A stretch of DNA of 64,000 bases from a virus. The notes beneath the pieces were generated by a model. That model was not told where the DNA came from and ran no database searches. It was given only the letters and a program-made list of their open reading frames with translations. This document shows positions 33,469 to 43,304 of this stretch, in pieces; the first letter of the stretch is position 1; every line of letters begins with the position of its first letter. The position numbers and the translations under genes were made by a program. Where the stretch lies: IMG/VR virus record IMGVR_UViG_3300031788_000005, positions 1 through 64,000 of that record; one strand, given 5' to 3'.

Positions 33469-34554
33469 TTAAATAAACTTTCCATTACCATCGCGCTTTT
33501 GCCGCTTTGCCGCCTTACGCAACTTGGCACGGGTGGCGGGACTAATTGTGGTCTTTTTTACAACCTTGGCGACGGGTGCCTTGGCTTGTTTGACTTCGGC
33601 GTATACAGAACTATAACCCTCGTTATAACCCTCTGCAAATGAGAAGTCATTAATATTACCGTCTTGGATATCAGCCAATGCCTGGCTAGCATCACGAACG
33701 ACTCCATCCTTGGCGTCATAAACACCTTCTTTGTAGCCAAGTGCGCGAGAATTTGCACCATCGCTGTCGTAATCGCTTCCATCATTGAAAGCTACAGTAG
33801 GTTCAGTTTGATACAATGCGCCGAATTTTTCGCCAGCCTCATAACCAGAACAGTCGCCAAATACCAAATACTTACAGCAACGACCCTTGGTATTATTGTA
33901 ATCTGTTGGAATACAAACTACATCAGCAGGGTTAATCTTGACGATTACTACTCGACCCTTACCACCATGATACTGAGATAGATAAGCTTGCGAACAGAAA
34001 TGCAAACCATTTGAACAAGTTTTATTGGAGTTTTCATCCACATGATTGCGCGGAACTTCAACTGTTTTTCCAACAGAATTATCAAAGGTCTTGGTATAAA
34101 AGTCCTTATAATCTTCAGTCACTTTGCGATAAGCCAAAAAATGACCATCTTCGGTAATTGGCAACTTCGCGTATTCCAAGAATCCATAAAGTTCCTCAAC
34201 AGCACGGAAAGAAGGATTCTGCAATAGATTCTCAAGGAAATTAAGTAACGGCTGGAATGGCAAACCACTCTTCATGAATTCCTTAATTTTAGTGACCACA
34301 TAATTGTGGACAGCCTGACCCTTATAGAAAACTTCGCCACCCTTGACGACCAAGTTACCACGAGTAAATGAAGCCGTAACCGCGATATTGGCGTTTGGGT
34401 TAAGAATATCTTCTAGACGAGAAAAATTCTGGCTGGCAATGAGGTTTTTCAATTCCTCATACTTCGGGTTGGAATGGTTGACGTTGTATGGCGTGCCGTT
34501 GACAACGATGGCGATGGATGAATCAGTAATAATGTAACTTGGACTATTTGTCAT
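33469..34554 (-). CDS. rIIB: rIIB-like protein
   Basis: FLENLLQNPS.RAVEELYGFL...LPITEDGHFLAYRKV...DNSVG..VEVPR..VD....TCS.GLHFC...VKINPADVV.IP.DY..KGRCC.Y. Confidence 0.92.
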   Translation of the reverse strand: MTNSPSYIITDSSIAIVVNGTPYNVNHSNPKYEELKNLIASQNFSRLEDILNPNANIAVTASFTRGNLVVKGGEVFYKGQAVHNYVVTKIKEFMKSGLPFQPLLNFLENLLQNPSFRAVEELYGFLEYAKLPITEDGHFLAYRKVTEDYKDFYTKTFDNSVGKTVEVPRNHVDENSNKTCSNGLHFCSQAYLSQYHGGKGRVVIVKINPADVVCIPTDYNNTKGRCCKYLVFGDCSGYEAGEKFGALYQTEPTVAFNDGSDYDSDGANSRALGYKEGVYDAKDGVVRDASQALADIQDGNINDFSFAEGYNEGYSSVYAEVKQAKAPVAKVVKKTTISPATRAKLRKAAKRQKRDGNGKFI

Positions 34555-34641
34555 ATATTTTGTTTGTTTTTTATTGTTAACTATGAATTTATTATTGCAA
34601 AACTTTCAGTAAAAGTCAAGGGGTATTTTAAATTATTTTAA

Positions 34642-34755
34642 AGGGCGTTGAGCGGCAAAGACTCCCCTTGAATGCTCCAAACACATCTTCCACCAACCTG
34701 CTGATTTCAAGGCCCATCCTGACATTTCGATAACGGCTGGCCTTTTACAACCCCT
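34642..34755 (-). ncRNA. putative structured ncRNA G
   Basis: GC-rich non-coding island; AGGGGTTG/CAACGCCCT terminal helix; CCTTGAA/TTCAAGG inner helix. Confidence 0.4.
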
Positions 34756-34787
34756 AAGCTGACATTTATGTTTTTGGGATTTCATTT

Positions 34788-35216
34788 TTATTTCAACGTA
34801 AAAGAACCGTCCTTCTCAAAACTAATAATAGTGGAGGATTCTGATTTGGTACTTTTGATTTCTTTGCCAGTCGCGGGATTAATACCCAATTTACGCCAAT
34901 GAACTAAATAACTGTCAACTTCTTCCCGTAACGTTTTTTCCACATCTTCACCTTTAATCGTCGAAAACAAGGCTGTCAGTAATAAACCCGAGGCATCATC
35001 AGCATGGCAAACACCAAACTTTTTTAGAACATCTTGCATTAAAGAAGTTTTTTGATTCCACAATTTCCAGCCATTTCTTAGTTGTCGACCCGTCGAATGA
35101 TGGACCATGGCCGGTTCGTTTTTTTGAATAAATTCTTTCTCTTCGGGGGAAACGTCGGCAACAAGCATTTTCACAGCCGAATCAAAATCAGTGGGAATTT
35201 CATCAGATATATTCAT
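34788..35216 (-). CDS. hypothetical protein (H...GRQLRNGW.LW...HADD.S; DUF6794-like)
   Basis: ORF with own promoter. Confidence 0.6.
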   Translation of the reverse strand: MNISDEIPTDFDSAVKMLVADVSPEEKEFIQKNEPAMVHHSTGRQLRNGWKLWNQKTSLMQDVLKKFGVCHADDASGLLLTALFSTIKGEDVEKTLREEVDSYLVHWRKLGINPATGKEIKSTKSESSTIISFEKDGSFTLK

Positions 35217-35313
35217 ATTATCATATTGACACTTTCCTAAAGAATTGTCAAGAGATTTCCATGATTATTTATTCCCTGATGGATTATTCAGGTGTAATTC
35301 CCTATAATATGAT

Positions 35314-35451
35314 ATGGGAAGAAAAAAACTTAACCGAACCAGAGAAGAACTCCTTGAACAACACAGAGCCTGTCAAAGACGCTACTATTCAAAAAATAGG
35401 GAACAACTTAATGTCAAACGACTTAAACGCTACTTCGCCGAAAAAGATTAG
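35314..35451 (+). CDS. small basic protein, 45 aa (MGRKKLNRTREELLEQ...)
   Basis: Read manually; follows GTGTAAT; overlaps the GIY-YIG start in another frame. Confidence 0.5.
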   Translation: MGRKKLNRTREELLEQHRACQRRYYSKNREQLNVKRLKRYFAEKD

Positions 35452-36298
35452 CGGTATTTATAAAATAATAAATAAAGTTAATGGGAAATATTATGTGGGT
35501 AGTAGTATTAATATTTATAGAAGGTGGTCCATGCATAAATCATGGCTTAATCGAAACAAACATCATAATTATCACCTACAGTTATCTTGGAATAAATATG
35601 GCCAGCAAAACTTTGATTTTATTATCGAAAAAGAAGTACCTCCAGAAACCCTTTTAAAAGTAGAAGACGAGTATCTATTACTAGCCAAAAAAGAAGCGTC
35701 ATATAATCTAAATTTTAACGCCACGGGTTCTGATGTCAGTAATTCTACAAGAAGTATACTATCCCAAAAAGGAAAAGAAAGATGGTTAAACCAACAATAT
35801 AGAGAAACTCAAACTTTAAAAATTACTCAAGCCATGAATAAACCAGAAGTGAAATTAAGGGCTTCAAATTTGACTAAGGCTACTATGACACCAGCAAGGA
35901 AACTACAACTTTCATTTTTTGCAAACGTTCCCAGAAATTTAAATAAAATTAAATTATTTAATAAATTTACTCAAGAAATCTTTGAAGGAACACAATGGGA
36001 ATGCCGAAAAAAATATTCTCTTAACGCCTCCCATCTATCAGGATTAATACAAGGAAAAAGACTTTCTCATAAAGGGTGGATTTTATTCAAAAATCGTTTC
36101 AATAAATACGTCTTAGAAAATCAGTTAGGGATAAAGTCTCTAACCAAAATAAAACTAACCAACTCAATCAGCCAAGAGATGTTTGAAGGAACTAGAGATG
36201 AATTTAAAAAAAGATATAAAATAAGTAAAAGTAATGCTAATAATTTAATAAATAAAAAGATAAAATCGCACAAGGGATGGAGATTAGCCTCTATTTAA
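35411..36298 (+). CDS. free-standing GIY-YIG homing endonuclease with C-terminal repeats
   Basis: SGIYKIINKVNGKYYVGSS..IYRRW..H...HHN.HLQ.SWNKYG...YN; two FEGT...SHKGW repeats; start uncertain (track gives 35261). Confidence 0.9.
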   Translation: MSNDLNATSPKKISGIYKIINKVNGKYYVGSSINIYRRWSMHKSWLNRNKHHNYHLQLSWNKYGQQNFDFIIEKEVPPETLLKVEDEYLLLAKKEASYNLNFNATGSDVSNSTRSILSQKGKERWLNQQYRETQTLKITQAMNKPEVKLRASNLTKATMTPARKLQLSFFANVPRNLNKIKLFNKFTQEIFEGTQWECRKKYSLNASHLSGLIQGKRLSHKGWILFKNRFNKYVLENQLGIKSLTKIKLTNSISQEMFEGTRDEFKKRYKISKSNANNLINKKIKSHKGWRLASI

Positions 36299-36658
36299 AT
36301 TATTAAAAATATTTCCTACTACTTCTAAACTATTTCGGTCTATCCTATCACCCAAACAAAAAGAATATTCCATGTATTCATTAGTCATGTATCGTCCGAA
36401 AGAAAAACACGCGTTCTTATCATCCCAAAATACTTCAGCCTTTTTAATATCCTCTGATTCGGGACCATGCGCGTATCCTTGCAGGGTGAAATTAATCAGG
36501 TCGCCGGAATAAATTTTTTCCCCATTCTTGTCTTTTAAACCAGTATATTGCAAAAACTCATAGGTCGGGTCATTGAAATCAACCCTTCCAATTAAGTTAA
36601 AATCTACAAACTTACTCAAATGGTAATCCCAAGCCTTGAATGATATTTCGCGGTTCAT
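36284..36658 (-). CDS. YopX family protein
   Basis: REISFKAWD...QYTGLKDKNGEKIYSGD...EVVGNIF. Confidence 0.88.
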   Translation of the reverse strand: MNREISFKAWDYHLSKFVDFNLIGRVDFNDPTYEFLQYTGLKDKNGEKIYSGDLINFTLQGYAHGPESEDIKKAEVFWDDKNACFSFGRYMTNEYMEYSFCLGDRIDRNSLEVVGNIFNNLNRG

Positions 36659-37079
36659 ATTATCTTCCTAAATAACTGGCTCCTTCCTTAAATCCTTCAA
36701 AGAAAATATCTTGTCCTTCCCTACTAAGACCTTTGGGGAAATAAGTTATTTTATGTTGAACGTAACAACCACCCAAACCGCCATCTTGATGTATTTGCTC
36801 AACAATACAAGGATACTTCACTGGATATTCTTTAAGTGCGGGACATGGCTCTTTATTAGGCGGACTTTTGTAATAGTAAAAATCTTTAAATTCTTTTGGT
36901 GTATTAATTATTTTCATTTAACTATCTTTAGTTTAAAATATTTTTCTCACAAAGTCAACAAAAATCTGTATAATATATTGCGTAGTGATAATAAAACCAA
37001 CCAACAGAATTTTGGCTTTTCGTGAGCGTTTTGGAAACGCACTTCGATTTATTTGAACTACGCAGCACGAAAGGCTTTT

Positions 37080-37214
37080 ATGACTAAAAAATGGACACCC
37101 AAAGAAATAGCTTATCTTAAAGAAAATTATTCAAAATTTAGAGCCAAAAAATGCGCTCAAGATTTAAAAAGAAGTTTAAATTCTGTTTATTGTCAAGCTA
37201 AATTATTGAATTAA
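37080..37214 (+). pseudogene. 44-aa helix-turn-helix fragment, probable homing endonuclease relic
   Basis: MTKKWTPKEIAYLKENY...CAQDLKRSLNSVY.QA..L. Confidence 0.4.
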
Positions 37215-38557
37215 TTAGTTCTGCTCCTAGTGTGAAATTCCACTGAAGATTCAGGAACTTCGTTAACAACACCACTAAAAGAAATTAGAAAAGACTTATT
37301 GTGTAATAGACAGCACCATAAATATCCCTCAGTATTTTTTGGGATATGAATGTCTCCAACCGTCACGTCTTTTTTGAGAAAAACCCTCATTCTAGAATCC
37401 CATTTTCCAAATCCTCTAAGATAGAGGTTGAGATTTTAGCCGCGTTAGTTTCACCACTTTCCACGTAATTTCCTACAAATTCTTTGATTTTAAGAAGCCC
37501 TAATGTTTGAATTTCGGAGTCTTTGCCAGCGGTTCTTAGTTCGGTTAAGACATCCATAAACAGATTTTCAATATCGTCAGTACTCATATTATTCTTCTAT
37601 CTTGCCACTATTCTCGGGAAATGTCAAGTAAAATTCCTTCTTAAGACTTTCGTACTTAGCAATAAAATCAGTAAATTCCTTAATAACTTTTTTCCCTGCT
37701 TTTTTATCGCGAAGAATTATCAAGACCTTAGACAGTAGTAATGAGTTGTGGTTCAGGGACATAAGTTGATTCGACTTCTATAAAAAATTCTTGTGGTTTT
37801 TGTTGCAAATGAGAAAAGATATGTTCGTTGGGTATTACCCTTTGAGACTGGTAAATGCACCCGAATTTATTTCCATCTTTATGGGTTAACATAGTTTCAA
37901 AATGAAAGCCGTCTAGCTGTCTGGTTGTAAATGTGAAATCTGCTATGTCCATATTAATCTCCATTAATCTTTGCAGCCAGTGGTTTCGGCATAAATCCCT
38001 CGCATCGGCCCTCTGGTGAAATTTTACAGATACTTGGAGTCATACATTTTAGTCTTATATTGAATTTACAACCGACCGCCTGACAGTCTATATCTAGCCA
38101 ATCGCGACTTAGCCACGGATGATGTTCCTTTCCGTGACCGACTCTAGGATTAGTCCGGCAGTTTTCATTCGTCGTGTCCGTCATTCTCCAACAATTCTTC
38201 GTATTCGCACGTCTCAATCATATCCTGCAATAACTCTATAACATCCTTTTTATTAGAATCAAAATTATCTTGTAAGTCGCCTGTGGAAAACAGGTGTGAT
38301 ATATTTTCGAGTTTTTCAATGATTTTTTCTAAGTTGTGGATAATTTTGTCGGGTTTCATAATTATTAATTAATTCTGTTAAAATCTCGGCTGTATAACGT
38401 GGGATAAATTTTATTCATATTCAAATCATTAATAAATAATAGTTTATATTGGTTTTCTGATAAAGTCAAGTATTTTATTTTTAGTTAATGATTTAAATTT
38501 GTTCCAGTCGTTTTCCCACACAAAAACCTATAGATGTGAAATTAAAATACGAATGGA

Positions 38558-39100
38558 CTATTTCCCACTTGACCCAAAACCACCCACTCGCGCTGTTTGA
38601 GACAAAAAGTCAACCAACTCAAATTTAATGGGGATTGTTGTTCTGGCTACTAATTGTCCAATACGGTCGTTTTTAGAATAAATTTTTTCATAATTTATTT
38701 TATAATAAATTCTTGTGATACCGGCTTCTGGCAAAACAAACAAATCCTCTGCGGCTGGTATGTAGCGAAAACGAAGTAATATTTCTTGCGTAAAATCAGC
38801 ATCTATTAATCCAATTCCGTTAGCTAATATCAGATTCTTATTTGAAACACTGGAACGAGGAAGAATCTCAATATGTTCATTGGGACTTTCGGGAGAAATA
38901 TAAATTCCAGTATGATATTGAATATAGTCAATTCGACGATATAACGTAAAATTATCCAATGGAAAATTAACTATGTCGCCGACGATTATTGGTTCAGAAA
39001 GCGCGGTCACATCATAACCCGCGCTATGTTCAGTTGCTTGTTTTGGTGGTTCAATCTTGAAACTAGTCCTGTCGCATTTATTTTTTAGATATACCTTCAT
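38558..39100 (-). CDS. dut: trimeric dUTPase
   Basis: SAGYD, PRSS, GLIDADF, RIGQL, RVGGFGSSG. Confidence 0.92.
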   Translation of the reverse strand: MKVYLKNKCDRTSFKIEPPKQATEHSAGYDVTALSEPIIVGDIVNFPLDNFTLYRRIDYIQYHTGIYISPESPNEHIEILPRSSVSNKNLILANGIGLIDADFTQEILLRFRYIPAAEDLFVLPEAGITRIYYKINYEKIYSKNDRIGQLVARTTIPIKFELVDFLSQTARVGGFGSSGK

Positions 39101-39540
39101 ATTTTAATTAATCCAATCTCCAATGACTCGTCTGCTTCCTGCAAATTCGTCTAACTGCATATAAGCCCACGAACTACCCACCTTGTTTGTTGCTAGAAAT
39201 TTTCCGTCTTTATAAGATACCGTATATTTGTCGGGATTATTTTTCGCAACATAGCACCACGCTTTAAAAGCCTTTTGGCGAACGGTTAATGAGGGACAAT
39301 TTTTGTATGCGCGTTTGACTTTTTGAGCGAAATTCATATTATTTTGTCTTAATTGGTTCCCATTTTCCATTTTTAAAAACTTGCATATAAACATCAATGG
39401 TTTCTTTGTCAGCATAACCTTAATAAAGATACTCACTAACTTCATCTTTTACACCTAAGAACCCTTGTGTTTCATTTTTTAGTTCCTCGTCGGGAATTTC
39501 GAATGTGCGGGTTACTGTATAAATATGTTGAATTTTCATA

Positions 39541-39933
39541 TTAATCGTGATTATACTCTTCTGTACTAACACCATTCGGTGTAACTGTTACTTTAACATG
39601 GTCTCCAAACATAGCCAACATCGTATTATCTTCTATGGCTCCAACGATGTCAGATGCTAGTTCAAAGGCATTTTTAGGAACTTCATCTTGTTTGTCATAA
39701 TCATCATAATCATTAATTTTAACGTCATTATTAACTGAAAAACGACATTCATCACCATCATTAAAATATGGCGTATATTGATTCCACGAAATACTCTTGA
39801 CCGAAGGAAAAAGTTCAAAAAACTCTTTCATTGATTCATTAAATAGTTTTTGGGATTCAGATTTAATTTCCTCTTGTAGTGAGGAAACTCTTTCTTTTAG
39901 GTTTTCGAGTTTATCTTGTATGGATTTGTTCAT
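39541..39933 (-). CDS. conserved phage protein (W.QYTPYFNDGD.C.F)
   Basis: Motif recognition. Confidence 0.7.
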   Translation of the reverse strand: MNKSIQDKLENLKERVSSLQEEIKSESQKLFNESMKEFFELFPSVKSISWNQYTPYFNDGDECRFSVNNDVKINDYDDYDKQDEVPKNAFELASDIVGAIEDNTMLAMFGDHVKVTVTPNGVSTEEYNHD

Positions 39934-40181
39934 AAAATTATAAAATAATAGCTAAATCATCTTTCTCCTCATTAGTTTCTGAGCATTCGACATTTGAAAG
40001 AATTTCCATGATTTTTTCAGTACAAGCCTTCTTAGGCAGAAGTTCTTCCTTATTTCGGTCAAAAACCATTAGACTTTGGACGCTATTATCATATGTGCAA
40101 TCATTGTATTCAGAATTAAATCTGACAATTGCATAAAATGCCGAATCAGGATAATTTTCTTTAACGAATTGTTTAATTTCT

Positions 40182-40607
40182 TTAGTCATAACGTGTTTGG
40201 TTTATTAGGTTGGGTATTTCAATTGGTAATTTTGATTTTAATTTGTCTTCAATTTTCTGGAAACTGGGAGGGACACCACGTCCATTATTCATCCAGTCTT
40301 TCATTTCCATTTCTTGCAAATAATCTTGGGCGGTAGGAATAAATTTTCCTCGAAAATCTTCTGCTACATGCTGTTCACCAATATCACGAACAGATATTTT
40401 TTTATTTTCCGAATTAGTAATTGTAACTCCAAAAATTTTTTCAAGTATGAAACTCAAAAACCAAGAATTATGAGTCAAAGCACGGTGACGATTGTCACAA
40501 ATAGCTCCTTTTGAACTATCCATAAGATTATGAATTTCAATGTAGTCTTCAGGAACACCGCCAAAACGTTTGGCGGAAGATACTGCATGTATGTATGGTT
40601 TACTCAT
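40182..40607 (-). CDS. DUF6915-like protein
   Basis: PYIHAVSSAKRFGG..EDY.EIH..MD.SK....D.RHRAL.H...VRDIGEQHVAED. Confidence 0.75.
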   Translation of the reverse strand: MSKPYIHAVSSAKRFGGVPEDYIEIHNLMDSSKGAICDNRHRALTHNSWFLSFILEKIFGVTITNSENKKISVRDIGEQHVAEDFRGKFIPTAQDYLQEMEMKDWMNNGRGVPPSFQKIEDKLKSKLPIEIPNLINQTRYD

Positions 40608-40608
40608 A

Positions 40609-41118
40609 TTAAACTTCACATTCCTTTTCTGAAATCATACACTTAATACCCAATTCCTTATCAAACCACCTAGCCGCAACCCCTGCTTCATTAAACATAA
40701 TCATACTGCGGTCATCATGACCATTCCACTTTTCACCCTTAATTTTATCCCACAAGTTTTCCCATTGTTTGTGTAAAACAATTTCTGTAATTCCGGCTTG
40801 AATAATTGCACGAGCGCAGTCCGTACATGGAGTAGAGTTGGTATACATTATAGAACCAAAAGTCTTAATTCCATTACGGGCAGCGTTGTATACTGCATTG
40901 CGTTCGCCGTGCTCAAACCAATAATATTTTTCAGGTCGTTTATTTCTTTCTGTAGCTTTATCGTTAACTTTACGACAGATTCCATTGTAACCCTCTGAAA
41001 CTACACCACCGTCTTGAACAAGAATAGCTCCTATTTGGGTAGAAATATCTTTGCTTTTGGAGCCAATTAAATAGACGTGCCTCATAAAAAGCTCGTCCCA
41101 AGATGGAATAGGTATCAT
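40609..41118 (-). CDS. dCMP deaminase
   Basis: SKD.STQIGA...GYNG...EHGERNA...PCTDCARAIIQAGI. Confidence 0.92.
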   Translation of the reverse strand: MIPIPSWDELFMRHVYLIGSKSKDISTQIGAILVQDGGVVSEGYNGICRKVNDKATERNKRPEKYYWFEHGERNAVYNAARNGIKTFGSIMYTNSTPCTDCARAIIQAGITEIVLHKQWENLWDKIKGEKWNGHDDRSMIMFNEAGVAARWFDKELGIKCMISEKECEV

Positions 41119-41123
41119 ATTAA

Positions 41124-41199
41124 AAGAAAAAGAAGCAATATAGGATTTATTATTTTACATTCCCTAAAAGTAGGGGACTTTGCCATCCATGATTGCTTC
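41124..41199 (-). terminator. long hairpin or terminator
   Basis: GAAGCAAT...ATTGCTTC followed by T-rich tract; internal CCCT/AGGG hairpin. Confidence 0.45.
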
Positions 41200-41207
41200 A
41201 ATATTGA

Positions 41208-41483
41208 TTACACGCAATAAGATTCAACTAGATATTTATTTACCTTATGCTTGTCAATCTTTTTGAGTTCGGAGTCTTTAACAAAACCGAACAAAGTATG
41301 ATGCAAACTAACAAGTCTGGCACCCTTATCGTCCTTCTTTAAGGCTCGAACTACTTGGTTTTTCCAAGAATAGAGTCGGCCAGCCACTATCTTATTAGGC
41401 GAAGCAAACTTCCCATCATTTGCGCGATTTACTTTACGCGTGAATTGGCCAGCCGAGTTTCGAATGTTATAGAATTTATTCAT
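41208..41483 (-). CDS. hypothetical basic protein
   Basis: R...GQF and R...GKF repeats. Confidence 0.55.
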   Translation of the reverse strand: MNKFYNIRNSAGQFTRKVNRANDGKFASPNKIVAGRLYSWKNQVVRALKKDDKGARLVSLHHTLFGFVKDSELKKIDKHKVNKYLVESYCV

Positions 41484-41514
41484 AGTATTATTGTGGATTA
41501 TATTTCTTAAATTG

Positions 41515-41895
41515 TCAAGGATTATTGGTCGATTTTTCTTTAATTTTTTCTTTTACGTATTCAGCGGCATTAATATTAAAATAAGTTGCCGAAGCATGGT
41601 CTTCGTCTACATCGCCCGAAAACCATTGTAGAAAATGTCTAAGCGCGGATTCGCGGAAACGTTCAAGTTCTTCTTCTCCATTCGCCAGCATCCAATTGCG
41701 CTTTTTATATTTCTTAGCCCCTAAAGTAAGATGTTTGGCAAATCTTTTGAACATCGGGCCATCAAGAGCCAGAGAATAATCGATTTTGTCGGTAGTTACG
41801 TCTCTAACCATGCCGCTTTTATATTCAGTTCTTACGCCTGAATCTTTAATAGTGAATTCGGTTTTAGAGGATTGGATTGGGGGGTTTGATTGCAT
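41515..41895 (-). CDS. dATP/dGTP diphosphohydrolase-like (DUF5664)
   Basis: KDSG.R..Y.SGMVRD...GAKKY..RNW...SALRH..QW..G..DEDH. Confidence 0.8.
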   Translation of the reverse strand: MQSNPPIQSSKTEFTIKDSGVRTEYKSGMVRDVTTDKIDYSLALDGPMFKRFAKHLTLGAKKYKKRNWMLANGEEELERFRESALRHFLQWFSGDVDEDHASATYFNINAAEYVKEKIKEKSTNNP

Positions 41896-41989
41896 ATTAA
41901 ATTAATACTTCTGCTTTTTCTAATTAAATAGATAGTTTTTGGATATTTGGTATTGATGTATTTACGGCCAACTTTTATTTGGGAGGGTT

Positions 41990-42382
41990 TCATAGTTCTG
42001 GATTGCCTTCTATAACACCCGTATTTGGAATAACATGATAAGCACGGTCATCAACAAAATGAGTAAAATAATACATCTTCAAACAAGTAATCTGCAATGT
42101 TTCCGGCAACCCGTTCTCTTTGAGAAAATTTTGGATTTTTTGAATTTCTACTTCTGATGTAGTTTGTGAATGAGAAAGTCGCGCTGTAAAAATAGAAACT
42201 TTATAACCCTTTTTAAGCCACTCTTTGACTTTACTAACCATATATTTAACAGGTTTACCTACCTTATTACCCTGAGCTTCCCAACTATCGTAATGAGCAA
42301 TTACTCCATCAAAATCAAGTGCTATATACACTTCCTTATGAGCCTTCTCTGGGTCTGGGATTTCTATTTCTATTTTTGCCAT
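41990..42382 (-). CDS. HAD-family phosphatase
   Basis: IALDFDGVI...IFTAR...K...FVDDRA. Confidence 0.85.
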   Translation of the reverse strand: MAKIEIEIPDPEKAHKEVYIALDFDGVIAHYDSWEAQGNKVGKPVKYMVSKVKEWLKKGYKVSIFTARLSHSQTTSEVEIQKIQNFLKENGLPETLQITCLKMYYFTHFVDDRAYHVIPNTGVIEGNPEL

Positions 42383-42759
42383 AAAAGTATATTAATCTAT
42401 CTTTCCGTCTTTGTCAACAACAATCATCCTACGATAATCTGATAATTGCAATTAGGACAGGTTATATAAGTATAAGTATCGGTATCACCAGTGTAGTCCG
42501 TGTGTATTTTTGTGAAAGTATCCACGGGCATGTATTCAAGCAGTGCGCCACAATTACGACAAGTACACTGTTTGACTAATTTTTTGTCTGGTTCTTTGTT
42601 TATAATTTTAATAGGCATAAATTTATAATGAGTTACGGAAGGGCTTCCATCTTCAGGTAGTTATCGGCCATGTATGCATCCATGCGCTGTTATTGCTTTT
42701 ATTATTATAATCTTAAATCTAGATTACTGTGCAGTTGTGTTTCTGCCAATCGCTCGAAA

Positions 42760-42929
42760 TGGTGGAGCAGGAGAGTCAACACGCTTTTGGACTTACGCGC
42801 CTACATTTGGCGCAACCTTGGCTAAAAGTCGTTGCCTTTTGTGTCTGCTGTCGTCTTGCGGTGTCCCGCTATCGTAGTAACAGACTTCTCCGATTAACTT
42901 GCTTCTCCCCGCTTTAAACGGGATGCTCC
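42760..42929 (-). ncRNA. 170-nt CCA-ended structured RNA
   Basis: 5' GGAGCA pairs with 3' TGCTCC-A-CCA; several internal hairpins. Confidence 0.55.
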
Positions 42930-43304
42930 GAAAATTTTCAATCTACGGAAGTGTTTTACTTCCCATAGACACCCCAACAACGCCACTAACAGAAATAATG
43001 GCAAAAATAATACAATCAAAAAAGTTGCTAACAATATTATTGGTATTTTTTTTTATATTTTCTTTTGATTTGATTTGTTGTTTAAAATTATTTGGGGAAA
43101 AATTAACTAATGTTATACAGATAATCATTAAAATGAGAATAACTAAACATACGACACAATATAACGGCCAGCCTAATGACATTATTATTAATGATAAAAT
43201 CGCAAGTGGAGACCGTTGTCTATCTGCTTTATCTAATATGCTTTGAAGCCAAATAAAGAAGGTACAAAATAAAAAACATCCAGCAAAGTAAAGGTATAAA
43301 AATA

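Noticed and set aside
42760-42929. tmRNA
   Set aside because: Lacks G3.U70, a T-arm and a tag reading frame, and is much shorter than tmRNA; kept as an unassigned CCA-ended RNA.
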